Translations under genes and position numbers: made by a program
In this document: piece after piece, positions 47,750-57,253 of the stretch
How the letters are laid out: every line of letters starts with the position of its first letter
How positions within the stretch are numbered: the stretch's first letter is position 1
NCBI GenBank assembly: GCA_025450175.1
Contig: JANWHY010000008.1
Span: forward strand, 56,289 to 120,288
Direction of reading: 5' to 3'
DNA length: 64,000 nucleotides
Source of the DNA: Minisyncoccota bacterium
GTDB lineage: Bacteria > Patescibacteriota > Minisyncoccia > Phycocordibacterales > Zambryskibacteraceae
Notes under the pieces: model-generated
Database searches by the model: none
What the model was told of the DNA's origin: nothing
The model's input: only the letters and a program-made list of their open reading frames with translations

Positions 47750-48511
47750 ATGGCAAAACCTATACTGGTAGCAAACTGGAAGAACCATCCGAAGTCCTTA
47801 AGAGAAGCAGGTATTATTCTAAAAGGTTTAGGGAGAAGTGCCCCTTTGTATAAGAGGTTAGCCACTTTTATCGCCGTACCCTTCCCATATCTTGACCTCG
47901 TTCTAACTAAGGCACGAAGATTTGCTAGTGTCGCAAGTCAGAACATGGCTCCAGTTCTTCAAGGCACTCACACCGGTGTTGTTACACCGGATATCTTGAA
48001 GAGCTTTGGTACCAAGCTTACAATCCTGGGGCATAGCGAGCTCCGAGCTTTGGGTGAGACAGACGCGGCGGTAAGCGAGAAAGTGCGTATGGCTATCCGC
48101 TCCGGGATCTTGCCTCTGGTATGTGTGGGGGAAAGAGCGGTAGAGGAGGATGGATCCCACTTTGAGTTTGTGCGGCAACAGCTCAAGGCCTCGCTTGCTG
48201 GTTTACGCAAGGCCGATGCCAATCGTCTTATGATTGCTTATGAGCCTATCTGGGCTATCGGGAAACACGCAAGCGATGCTCTGAAGCCCGAGAACTTATC
48301 GGAATCAATAATATTTATAAGAAAAGTTCTGGTAGAAATTTTTGGCAGAACTCTCGCTGAGAAAGTACCTATCCTCTATGGCGGCTCTGTCGAGCCAGCG
48401 GGGGTCGAGGCTCTATGGAAAGTAGGGAAGGTCCAAGGATTTTTAGTAGGTCATGCTTCACTTAGACCAAACGACTTTAAGGCTATTGCCCAAGCACTTT
48501 TATCGAAATGA
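47750..48511 (+). CDS. tpiA: triosephosphate isomerase
   Basis: ANWKNH, IAYEPIWAIG, YGGSV motifs. Confidence 0.9.
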   Translation: MAKPILVANWKNHPKSLREAGIILKGLGRSAPLYKRLATFIAVPFPYLDLVLTKARRFASVASQNMAPVLQGTHTGVVTPDILKSFGTKLTILGHSELRALGETDAAVSEKVRMAIRSGILPLVCVGERAVEEDGSHFEFVRQQLKASLAGLRKADANRLMIAYEPIWAIGKHASDALKPENLSESIIFIRKVLVEIFGRTLAEKVPILYGGSVEPAGVEALWKVGKVQGFLVGHASLRPNDFKAIAQALLSK

Positions 48512-49530
48512 GACCAATTACCGAGGAAAAAAATCTAAAAGATAAGAAGGTACTCGTCCGCGTGGATTGGAGTGTACCTATGGAAGATGGCGCGCTCAGA
48601 AATACTTACCAGATCGATCAATCTCTCTCCACTATCCGCCATCTTAGAGATGCGGGGGCGAAGGTTGTGATACTAAGTCACGCCGAGAATGATACCGACA
48701 CCCTTCTCCCAGTCTATAGATATGTAAATGGTCTTATCCCGATGACTTTCAAGGAGCCGAGTGACTTGGTGCTCATGGATAATCTAAGGAAAGATCCTCG
48801 GGAAAAAGATAATGATCCGGAGTTTGCCAAAGAGTTGGCCAAACTCGGAGAAATCTTTGTAAACGAAGCTTTCCCAGTCTCGCACCGAGAGCATACATCT
48901 ATTGTGGGGTTGCCTAAACTTCTACCAAGCTTTGTTGGTATTGAGTTTGCCCGCGAGATCGAGAATCTCTCTAAGGCCTTTTATCCTAAGAGACCCTTTC
49001 TTTTTATCCTCGGTGGAGCAAAGTTTGAGACCAAGATGCCTCTCTTAGAAAAATTTGTAGACATTGCCGATGAGATCTTCGTGGGGGGAGCGCTTGCCAA
49101 TGACTTCTTCAGAGCTCAGGGCAAGAACGTGGGAAAGTCTGTAATAAGCGGAAAGAATTTCGATCTAACAAAGATTTTTAACTCAGGAAAAATTTTATTA
49201 CCAGAAGATACTATCGAGATGAACGATATGATCCTTGATATGGGGCCACGCTCCTTGGAGGCACTGAAGGCCAAGATTAATGGAGCCAACTTGATTATCT
49301 GGAATGGTCCCTTGGGTCACTATGAGCGAGGTTACAAGGTCTCAACTCTCGAGACTGCCCAAGCCATGGCCAATTCTGGCAAGGAAAGTATCGTAGGTGG
49401 GGGAGATACGCTCGCGGCTGTAGCCGAACTTAAGCTCTTTGATAAATTTACCTTCGTTTCTACCGGTGGCGGCGCCATGCTCGACTTTCTCTCCTCCGGA
49501 ACGTTAGTGGGTATTGAGGCGCTTAAATAA
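48508..49530 (+). CDS. pgk: phosphoglycerate kinase (compact)
   Basis: N-terminal VLVRVDWSVP, C-terminal STGGGAMLDFL; shorter than canonical PGK. Confidence 0.82.
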   Translation: MRPITEEKNLKDKKVLVRVDWSVPMEDGALRNTYQIDQSLSTIRHLRDAGAKVVILSHAENDTDTLLPVYRYVNGLIPMTFKEPSDLVLMDNLRKDPREKDNDPEFAKELAKLGEIFVNEAFPVSHREHTSIVGLPKLLPSFVGIEFAREIENLSKAFYPKRPFLFILGGAKFETKMPLLEKFVDIADEIFVGGALANDFFRAQGKNVGKSVISGKNFDLTKIFNSGKILLPEDTIEMNDMILDMGPRSLEALKAKINGANLIIWNGPLGHYERGYKVSTLETAQAMANSGKESIVGGGDTLAAVAELKLFDKFTFVSTGGGAMLDFLSSGTLVGIEALK

Positions 49531-49888
49531 ACTTCTTTATCTTCTCTACATTTCCCTCAAAATCTTTTGGATCTCCAACAACTTTATTATTTGGAAACAC
49601 CCATATGTGGGCGTGTTCTACTTCATCCCCAATAATTTTGGAAAGAATAAAATCAGTATCAAAAGCCTTTTCTTGTGCCAAGGCAATTTTCTTCACTACT
49701 TCGAAGTATTCTCCCACATTTGGTGTGTCCCAGACCCATCTGTAATGTGCCTTAGGTATGACTTGCGTATGGCCAGGAGATTGGGGGTGGATATCTAAGA
49801 AAGCAAGAAAGTTTTCATCCTCATAAACTTTGTAAGAAGGAATATCGCCCTTAATAATTTTACAAAAAATGCAGTCAGAATTGTTCAT
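49523..49888 (-). CDS. HIT family hydrolase
   Basis: CIFCKII, histidine triad HAHIWVFP. Confidence 0.85.
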   Translation of the reverse strand: MNNSDCIFCKIIKGDIPSYKVYEDENFLAFLDIHPQSPGHTQVIPKAHYRWVWDTPNVGEYFEVVKKIALAQEKAFDTDFILSKIIGDEVEHAHIWVFPNNKVVGDPKDFEGNVEKIKKFI

Positions 49889-49890
49889 AC

Positions 49891-50868
49891 TTAGTACGAT
49901 CTCTCTAAGATTAGCTGACCAAGATTGTCGAAAAGCTTTACTGTCTCATAATCTTCTGCCCACATCTCCCAACCTCTACCAAGGAAAACTCTCCAAGTAT
50001 CTAGAGAGAAGTTCGGGTCAGAAGCATGATAAGCAATGCAGCCATTGTAGCTGAAATGAGCTTTTACGAAGGCAAGACAGGCACTTGAGACGGGCTTCCT
50101 GTCAACGCAATTGGTGCAAACATTCCCGTTTTGATCACGAGTATCAAACTCTGGGATGTGGCAACTACTTAGGCGGTCTATCACATCGCGACAGGCTGTA
50201 TCTAGACTCGCGACTCCGAGCTCATCTTCGGGCATTGGACATTGGCGAGAGAGGGATGGGGTGAAGTTATACTCTGGCAAATCTTCTAGATAGCCAGTGC
50301 AAATATTTTCCTTGAAGCTTGCGAAGTGATAGCGCGAGTCGGATGGCGGTAAACCAGTGGTGATAATAGCCGTCTCTCCGGGCTTAAGTATAATATTTTG
50401 TAATTGATTATTGGTAGAAGGGGATATGGTACGTATGCCCCGAGGTATGAAAGCTGTTTCAGCTGGGAAAAATTTTAAAGAATCACCACCAGTATTGTAG
50501 CCCCTGGTATCTCGACCATTCTTAAGTTGCCAGCCAGTGATATTGAGAGAAGTCTCACCTCTGTTTTCGAGAGTGATGTACTCTTCATATGGCTGGATAG
50601 CGTACTCGGCGTTACCTCGGCCCAAAGTTACGTCGCGGCTGTATGAGCTTACTGCCTGGCTTCCTATCTTGGTCAACTCGCTCTTATCGCTATATGAGGA
50701 AGAGGAGTTATTGTTATAAAGACTTGTTTTATCTGGGTTTGATCTGCCTCCCATGAGTACAATCACAATCAAAACAGCCAAAATCACTACCGCATCCATG
50801 TTGCCAGCACCTCTATTCATGGTTCGATTGCACTCACCATGACCCTGAGGTTTTATCGAATGGGTCAT
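49891..50868 (-). CDS. membrane-anchored protein with lamin-tail-like (LTD) domain
   Basis: N-terminal TM, central ITLENRGETSLNITGWQLKNG...LKPGETAIITTG pattern reminiscent of LTD domains, Cys-rich C-terminus. Confidence 0.45.
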   Translation of the reverse strand: MTHSIKPQGHGECNRTMNRGAGNMDAVVILAVLIVIVLMGGRSNPDKTSLYNNNSSSSYSDKSELTKIGSQAVSSYSRDVTLGRGNAEYAIQPYEEYITLENRGETSLNITGWQLKNGRDTRGYNTGGDSLKFFPAETAFIPRGIRTISPSTNNQLQNIILKPGETAIITTGLPPSDSRYHFASFKENICTGYLEDLPEYNFTPSLSRQCPMPEDELGVASLDTACRDVIDRLSSCHIPEFDTRDQNGNVCTNCVDRKPVSSACLAFVKAHFSYNGCIAYHASDPNFSLDTWRVFLGRGWEMWAEDYETVKLFDNLGQLILERSY

Positions 50869-50886
50869 AAGTCTATCTTATAGCCT

Positions 50887-52527
50887 GTGTTAAAATACTC
50901 AAATATGTATCCCGAGCTATTGGAATCTCTTTTTGCCGCACGCGGTATCTCGAGAGATGAGCAAAACGATTTTCTTAACCCTGACTACAGTAAGCTCCAC
51001 GATCCGAGCCTTCTTCCCGATATTGAAAAGGCTAGCGACAGAGTCATTGCCGCTATGGCTAAGGGTGAGCACATTACCGTCTTCTCCGACTATGATGCTG
51101 ATGGGATCCCAGGAGCGGTAGTGCTCTCGGACTTCTTCCGTCGCGCTTGCTACGACAATATCTCTTTTTACATCCCACACCGACATAACGAAGGTTTCGG
51201 TCTCAACCTCACCGCGATAGAAGAGTGTTCTAGTCGTTCTACCAAACTTCTTATCACTGTAGATTGTGGTGTCTCGGATATAGAAGAAGTGAAGGCTGCC
51301 AATGATGCGGGGATAGACGTTATCATCACCGACCATCATGAGCCGTCTCTTCTAGGTTTGCCACCTGCCTATGCGGTTGTGAATCCCAATAGACCGGATT
51401 CCAAATATCCCTTCCATGGGCTCTGTGGCTCGGCAGTGGTCTTCAAGCTAGTGCAAGCGATTCTTACCAAAGAATCTTTTGGCATTAAACCAGGGCTCGA
51501 GAAGTGGTCACTGGACATGGTCTCGATCGCGACTCTCTCAGACATGGTGCCCTTGGTAGGGGAGAACAGGATCCTCTCGCGCTTCGGCCTAGAAGTATTA
51601 CGTAAGTCTCCTCGCCCTGGTATAAGAGCCTTATTAAGAAGGTTGAATATTGAGCAGAAGAATCTGACCGAAGACGATATCACCTTCATGATCACTCCGC
51701 GCATCAACGCCGCCTCGCGGATGGGAGTACCCGAAGACGCCTTCAACCTCTTGAGAACAGAAGACCAGCTCGAGGCCGAGAGATTAGCCCTTCACCTAGA
51801 GAAGATTAACAATATGAGGAAGGGCGTGGTGGCTGGGATTGTAAAAGAAGCTAAGGGAGAGTTAGCGAAGAGGGAAAAGATTGCTGAGGTCATAGTGATC
51901 GGCAACCCTGAGTGGCGCCCAGCACTCTTGGGACTCGTGGCCAATAGTCTTGTAGAAGAGTATGAGCGACCAGCCTTCGTCTGGGGGAGAGATGGCGATG
52001 GTATGCTCAAGGGCTCGTGCCGCTCTTACAATGGCTATGACTTGTTCCTTCTTATGAATGCGGTTTCGGATACTCTGCTTGAGTTCGGGGGACATAAGGG
52101 GGCGGGAGGGTTCTCCATCACTTTAGAGCAGTTAACAGTCCTAGAAGAGAAGCTCTCAGAAGCTCTTAAGACTCTCTCTAGTGAGGAAGCAAAAGTGGAA
52201 AACAATTTGAGTATAAGTTTGTCTGATATTGGAGAGAGCTTGTGGGGAGTAGTATCTCAGTTTGCCCCATTTGGTATGGGTAACGAGAAGCCCGTCTTCA
52301 AAATCTCAAACGCTCCTATCAAGAGCGTCCGCCAGTTTGGCAAAGCCAATGAACATTTAGAAGTAACTCTCGCCCCCAACATTAAGGCCATCTCTTTCTT
52401 TTCCTCTCCTACTACTTACTCTTTACTACCCACTGCCAACTCTTGTACCCTTCTTGCCAACCTAGAGAAGTCCTACTTCCGCAACCGCCCAGAACTACGT
52501 TTAAGAATTGTTGGTATAGAGCCATGA
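50887..52527 (+). CDS. recJ: single-stranded-DNA-specific exonuclease RecJ
   Basis: DHH motifs (FSDYDADGIPG, ITDHHEP), DHHA1 domain. Confidence 0.9.
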   Translation: MLKYSNMYPELLESLFAARGISRDEQNDFLNPDYSKLHDPSLLPDIEKASDRVIAAMAKGEHITVFSDYDADGIPGAVVLSDFFRRACYDNISFYIPHRHNEGFGLNLTAIEECSSRSTKLLITVDCGVSDIEEVKAANDAGIDVIITDHHEPSLLGLPPAYAVVNPNRPDSKYPFHGLCGSAVVFKLVQAILTKESFGIKPGLEKWSLDMVSIATLSDMVPLVGENRILSRFGLEVLRKSPRPGIRALLRRLNIEQKNLTEDDITFMITPRINAASRMGVPEDAFNLLRTEDQLEAERLALHLEKINNMRKGVVAGIVKEAKGELAKREKIAEVIVIGNPEWRPALLGLVANSLVEEYERPAFVWGRDGDGMLKGSCRSYNGYDLFLLMNAVSDTLLEFGGHKGAGGFSITLEQLTVLEEKLSEALKTLSSEEAKVENNLSISLSDIGESLWGVVSQFAPFGMGNEKPVFKISNAPIKSVRQFGKANEHLEVTLAPNIKAISFFSSPTTYSLLPTANSCTLLANLEKSYFRNRPELRLRIVGIEP

Positions 52528-52985
52528 TCATTATTTATACAGATGGATCTTCAAGAGGAAACCCGGGACCGGGAGGGTGGGCGGGGATTGTTATAGATGA
52601 TAAAAAAGTTAAAGAGATCGGTGGTAGAGAGGATCATACAACAAATAACCGCATGGAGTTAACTGGCGCTATTAGGACATTAGAATCTGTTGACGAAAAA
52701 GATTTAGAAATCTATACAGACTCCGAATACGTTATGAAAGGTATGACCGAATGGGTCCATAATTGGCAGATAAAAGGATGGAGAACTGCAGCCAAGAAAG
52801 CAGTTCTAAATCAGGATCTATGGCAAGAACTTTTAAGAGTAAGTGAAGACAAAAATATTAATTGGAAGTATGTGGCTGGCCACTCTGGAGACAAGATGAA
52901 TGATAGATGCGATGAGATTGCAACGAGCTTTGCGGACGGATTAGCCCCATCCCTTTATGACGGACCGCGTAGCCAATATAAATAA
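52524..52985 (+). CDS. rnhA: ribonuclease HI
   Basis: IYTDGSSRGNPGPGGWAG, TNNRMEL, YTDSEYV motifs; ATGA overlap with the recJ stop. Confidence 0.9.
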   Translation: MIIIYTDGSSRGNPGPGGWAGIVIDDKKVKEIGGREDHTTNNRMELTGAIRTLESVDEKDLEIYTDSEYVMKGMTEWVHNWQIKGWRTAAKKAVLNQDLWQELLRVSEDKNINWKYVAGHSGDKMNDRCDEIATSFADGLAPSLYDGPRSQYK

Positions 52986-54447
52986 GACTCTTGTATTTAT
53001 TGTAGGGGTTCTCTTGGCAGTTTTTATCTCTTCATTCCTTTTTATCCCACCACTATTAAGTGTATTTATAATATTTGTGGGAATTTGCGTGTGGCTATGT
53101 GAGAAGATTTATAAGAAAGAGGTTTCTCAAGAAGTAATTCTGCTTTTACTCATCATTATCTCCGTCGGTTTAGGAAGTTTGCGCTATGGGGTAAAAGATT
53201 TCCACGAAGATGTCCTACCAACTCTTAATGGAATTGTGATAAGTGAACCGGCAGAGAAGGAAAACTCAACTAGATTTATTCTTCGTTCTAGTAATGGTGA
53301 GAAGATAATAGTCAGTACAGACTTATATAGCCCAGTTATGTATGGTGATGAGGTAAGGGTAGAGGGCAAGCTAGATAAACCTGGGGTTATCGAGGAGGAA
53401 GACGGTCGAACTTTCGATTATGCGAAATTCTTATCTAAGGATGATATCTACTACACTCTAAATTTTGGCAAGGTAGAAGTTGTGTCTCGTGGTCATGCCT
53501 CCAGTATAAAGCGCGGATTACTTCGGATAAAAGGAGCTTTGGTCTCGAGGATCAAGGCTATACTGCCCGAGCCAGAATCAAGCTTACTTGCCGGGCTAAT
53601 CGTGGCGGGGAAGGCGGGGATGCCTCAAGCTATTCTTGATGAGTTTAAGAGAGCGGGCGTAATCCACATAGTGGTACTCTCGGGTTACAACATTACTATT
53701 ATTGCCGACTTTATCAGGAAAATTTTTGAACAAATTTTCACCAGAGTTAAGCTTCCTCGTATGCCTCAACTAGCCGCGGGCACTTCCCTCTTCCTTATAC
53801 TCCTCTTCGTACTTGCGACTGGGGCCGAAGCTACGGTGGTTCGGGCGGCTCTTATGGTTTCTACAGTCATTGCGGCTAAACTCTTTGGTAGAAACTACTC
53901 CGCTCATCGCGCGCTCATCGCTGCAGCTTTTATCATGATACTCGTTAACCCCAAGATTCTGGTCTTCGATCCATCCTTCCAACTCTCTTTCATCGCTACT
54001 GCTTCTCTTATTTATATCTCTCCACTTATCTCGCGACTTATTAAAAGGTTGTCTGATAAGTGGGGTGTACGCTCTATGCTTGCAACCACCATTGGCACCC
54101 AGATTGGGGTGTTGCCCTTCCTTATCTACTCTATGGGGCAACTCTCGCTCGTATCTTTTCCTACCAATATTCTTATCCTTCTCGTTATCCCTTACGCCAT
54201 GCTTCTTGGCTTTGCTGCCGCGTTACTTGCCTTTGCCTCACCCATACTTGCTCTACCGATATCATATCTTACACACTTAATCTTGGCGTGGATTCTCTTT
54301 GTAGCAGAACTCTTTGGCAATCTCTCTTATGCTTCTGTTGGTGTACCTACCTTCTCCTTCTCGCTAGTGGTTCTTGCCTATATCGGACTAATTATTGCTT
54401 TGTGGCGTTTGCGTATCTACTTTCGACACTCTGCCAATTTAAGTTAG
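52957..54447 (+). CDS. comEC: ComEC/Rec2 DNA internalisation channel (membrane competence domain only)
   Basis: N-terminal OB/DUF4131-like region, Competence domain with HIVVLSGYNITII, multiple TM helices; lacks a C-terminal MBL domain. Confidence 0.8.
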   Translation: MTDRVANINKTLVFIVGVLLAVFISSFLFIPPLLSVFIIFVGICVWLCEKIYKKEVSQEVILLLLIIISVGLGSLRYGVKDFHEDVLPTLNGIVISEPAEKENSTRFILRSSNGEKIIVSTDLYSPVMYGDEVRVEGKLDKPGVIEEEDGRTFDYAKFLSKDDIYYTLNFGKVEVVSRGHASSIKRGLLRIKGALVSRIKAILPEPESSLLAGLIVAGKAGMPQAILDEFKRAGVIHIVVLSGYNITIIADFIRKIFEQIFTRVKLPRMPQLAAGTSLFLILLFVLATGAEATVVRAALMVSTVIAAKLFGRNYSAHRALIAAAFIMILVNPKILVFDPSFQLSFIATASLIYISPLISRLIKRLSDKWGVRSMLATTIGTQIGVLPFLIYSMGQLSLVSFPTNILILLVIPYAMLLGFAAALLAFASPILALPISYLTHLILAWILFVAELFGNLSYASVGVPTFSFSLVVLAYIGLIIALWRLRIYFRHSANLS

Positions 54448-54994
54448 AGAAAAAGTCTTCGACGTACTGCTTCTTACCCGAAGGTTGGTAGTCTGCTACA
54501 TAAGAGTGCTCCCACATATCCAGAGCAAGTATAGGGATACATTGAGAGAGTTGGCCAAGGTGTTGCTCGTCTACCCAATAATTCAAAAGCCTATCAGAGA
54601 CCTTGTCGTATCCTAATATTGCCCAACCTATGCCCCGAGTAAGAGCAATGGCTTTAAATCTATTGAGCCAGAATTCATATGATGGCCATTCTTCATTACC
54701 TTTCTGTCCTAAGGGGCCACTCGAGTTTACTGCTTGAGGCCCACCCTCAAAATGTGAGAAATAAATTTCGTGATTTCTCATACCGTTGAACTCGAAGGAA
54801 AAGCGGCGCTGTATCTCGCCCAGAGCATATGCATTCGACTCAGAATCTTTAGCGTATTCATCAATTTTCGCGAGGATGGTGTTAGCGTTCTTCACATACC
54901 CGCTATAGAGCTTGAGGTGTTCCTCAATAGTTTTCTCTGAGATGCCCTTAAGTGCGGGTATATTAAACTTCTTTTCTTCGAATTGTGTAGCCAT
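54392..54994 (-). CDS. sodA: Fe/Mn superoxide dismutase
   Basis: Metal ligands and signature DMWEHSYV, ~200 aa. Confidence 0.9.
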   Translation of the reverse strand: MATQFEEKKFNIPALKGISEKTIEEHLKLYSGYVKNANTILAKIDEYAKDSESNAYALGEIQRRFSFEFNGMRNHEIYFSHFEGGPQAVNSSGPLGQKGNEEWPSYEFWLNRFKAIALTRGIGWAILGYDKVSDRLLNYWVDEQHLGQLSQCIPILALDMWEHSYVADYQPSGKKQYVEDFFSNLNWQSVESRYANATKQ

Positions 54995-55017
54995 AAAGGA
55001 ATTATAATATAAATATT

Positions 55018-55875
55018 ATGAAGTTTGTAAAAAGATACTTCCGCGAGCTTATAGTGGCAGGACTGATTCTTGCCAATATCTTTGTCTTCCTCGCTATGCA
55101 CGCTAGGGGGGCGAGTGGGCTCTTGCGGGTCTACTTTCTAGATATTGGTCAGGGTGATGCCATCTTTATCGACTCACCGACTCACGGCCGTATGCTGATA
55201 GATGGTGGGAAGAATAGGAAAGTGGTAAGTGAGTTAGGCTCAATCCTGCCTTTTGCTGACAATAGAATCGATCTTGTGCTTGCCACGCATCCAGATGCCG
55301 ACCATATTGGAGGGTTACCAGAAGTCTTCGCTCGATACGATGTTTCTGCCTATCTTTATCCTGGAGTGAGATCAGAAAATAATATAGATGAGGAATTAGA
55401 TAAAAGGGTAGAGGCAGAGGGGGCAACAAAAGTGCTTGCCAGGCGTGGTATGGTTGTAAACTTTGGGGACGGAGCGAAGCTTGAAATCCTCTTTCCAAAT
55501 CAAGACGTTAATAATTGGGAGACCAATAGAGCCTCAGTGGTAGCAAAACTTGTTTATGGTGAGAAATCCTTTCTACTAACCGGCGACTCTCCCATAGATA
55601 TAGAAAATGTTTTAGTGCGACTCGATAAAGCAGATCTTGATATAGATGTGCTAAAGGCTGGTCATCATGGGTCTCGTACCTCTACTTCACTTGCCTTTGC
55701 CGAAGCTACGAGTCCAGAATATGCCGTGATCTCAGCTGGTAAGGACAATACATATGGCCATCCACACAAAGAAGTTTTAGATATTTTGAAAAAAGTAGGG
55801 GCAAAAGTTGTAAGCACTATAGATATGGGGACCATCGAGTTTGAAACAGATGGGAAGATTTTGGAAATGAGATAA
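55018..55875 (+). CDS. ComEC-type metallo-beta-lactamase domain protein (stand-alone ComEC C-terminal domain)
   Basis: N-terminal TM, LDIGQGDAIFI, HPDADHIGG (HxHxDH), AGHHGS; matches the ComEC C-terminal nuclease domain. Confidence 0.78.
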   Translation: MKFVKRYFRELIVAGLILANIFVFLAMHARGASGLLRVYFLDIGQGDAIFIDSPTHGRMLIDGGKNRKVVSELGSILPFADNRIDLVLATHPDADHIGGLPEVFARYDVSAYLYPGVRSENNIDEELDKRVEAEGATKVLARRGMVVNFGDGAKLEILFPNQDVNNWETNRASVVAKLVYGEKSFLLTGDSPIDIENVLVRLDKADLDIDVLKAGHHGSRTSTSLAFAEATSPEYAVISAGKDNTYGHPHKEVLDILKKVGAKVVSTIDMGTIEFETDGKILEMR

Positions 55876-55877
55876 GT

Positions 55878-55906
55878 GAAGGCCCCCGCGTAGCGGGGGC
55901 CTTTCG
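55878..55906. terminator. bidirectional rho-independent terminator
   Basis: aaGGCCCCCGCgtaGCGGGGGCCtttcg. Confidence 0.7.
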
Positions 55907-55907
55907 C

Positions 55908-56141
55908 TCAGTCTTTCGGGAATACCAGCCTCTCAAGTGAGGTTCGGTCTCCGGGATGTCGCCGCCTGATTGCGAGATAGCCTGTCGAGCAGATGATTGT
56001 TCCGATGATAATTAGCGAGCCTCCTGTCCCCGCCATGTTGGTGAATAGGTCCACCCCTTTTATGGCATGCAGTACCAATCCAGCAGCTGTTAGAGCGATA
56101 CCGCTACCAATGAGTGTGGTGCCACTCAGTATTAACATCAT
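55908..56141 (-). CDS. small two-TM membrane protein (hypothetical)
   Basis: 77 aa hydrophobic ORF between two terminators. Confidence 0.35.
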   Translation of the reverse strand: MMLILSGTTLIGSGIALTAAGLVLHAIKGVDLFTNMAGTGGSLIIIGTIICSTGYLAIRRRHPGDRTSLERLVFPKD

Positions 56142-56195
56142 GGAATACCCCCAGTCCTCAGTGATTATGGGCGCTTAATAAACTTCCGTCAATTT

Positions 56196-56438
56196 TTAAA
56201 TAATCCCAGCTTTTTTCAACACAGAGTGGGCGCCGCGCTTGGCGATGGTCTTCCAGGCGCTAGTAGAGAGGGTGAGGGTGAGAGTCTTCTTGAGCTCGGG
56301 GACATAGACCCGCTTCTTCTGTAAGTTTGGGTACTTCCTTACAAACCCAGTGGGGTTGAATTGGGTAGCACGAGTTCTATTAGAATAGCCCCCGCCGACG
56401 CGAGAGCCCTTCTTGGTCACTTCACAAATCTTTGCCAT
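56196..56438 (-). CDS. rpmB: 50S ribosomal protein L28
   Basis: MAKICEVTKKGSRVGGGYSNRTRATQ... matches L28 family. Confidence 0.85.
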   Translation of the reverse strand: MAKICEVTKKGSRVGGGYSNRTRATQFNPTGFVRKYPNLQKKRVYVPELKKTLTLTLSTSAWKTIAKRGAHSVLKKAGII

Positions 56439-56440
56439 AG

Positions 56441-57058
56441 TTGCGATATACTACCACCATGGAATTCGTTTTTCAAATAGCGGTTCTCATCATGTCTATA
56501 GTGATCCACGAGGTCTCTCACGGCTATGCGGCCTCGATGCTCGGCGACCAAACTGCACGATATCAAGGGCGACTCACGCTTAACCCCCTTAAACACGTAG
56601 ACCCATTCGGTTCTATCATCCTCCCTTCCATCTCATACTTTCTCGGGGGCTTTATCTTCGGCTGGGCTAAGCCTGTGCCTTACAACCCATACAATCTTCG
56701 CCCCGGTCGCTGGTCAGAAGCAATGGTCGCTCTCGCTGGTCCAGCCTCGAACATTACCCTCGCCCTCATCTTCGGCCTTTTAATCAGGATGGGTAGTTTG
56801 GGTCCAGCATTTATGGAAATCTCTGCAGTGATCGTCTTTGTAAACATTCTTCTTGCGATCTTCAACCTGGTGCCTATCCCACCCCTCGATGGTTCTAAAC
56901 TTCTCTTTGCTCTCTTTCCAGAAAAGCTCTTAGAGCTAAGAGGCTTCTTCGAGCGCTATGGGCTCTTCCTGGTATTCTTCTTTATCTTCTTTGTGTGGCA
57001 GTTTGTTTTTCCAGTTATTACTATTCTCTTCAGGCTTATTACTGGTTCCAATTTTTAA
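56441..57058 (+). CDS. site-2 protease family (peptidase M50) membrane metalloprotease
   Basis: HEVSHGYAA HExxH in TM1, polytopic, LDGS-like motif. Confidence 0.8.
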   Translation: MRYTTTMEFVFQIAVLIMSIVIHEVSHGYAASMLGDQTARYQGRLTLNPLKHVDPFGSIILPSISYFLGGFIFGWAKPVPYNPYNLRPGRWSEAMVALAGPASNITLALIFGLLIRMGSLGPAFMEISAVIVFVNILLAIFNLVPIPPLDGSKLLFALFPEKLLELRGFFERYGLFLVFFFIFFVWQFVFPVITILFRLITGSNF

Positions 57059-57212
57059 TTTGCAATTTATAACATACGTGTTATAATAAACAGTGGAAAA
57101 TCCCAAGCCTGGTTCTCCCGGTTCGCAAAGCAAGGGGGCGAAGGTGTAAGGTTTGCCAGTACGAACTTGACCTCTCAAAAGAGAGGATAGATGAGAAATA
57201 TTCTAATTTAAA

Positions 57213-57253
57213 AGGGCGACTCTCCAGGATTCCTGGATTGTCGCCCTTTGTTA
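57213..57253. terminator. nested-stem bidirectional terminator
   Basis: aaAGGGCGACtcTCCAGGAttcCTGGAttGTCGCCCTttgtt, immediately 3-prime of the minus-strand gene and downstream of the M50 gene. Confidence 0.65.
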
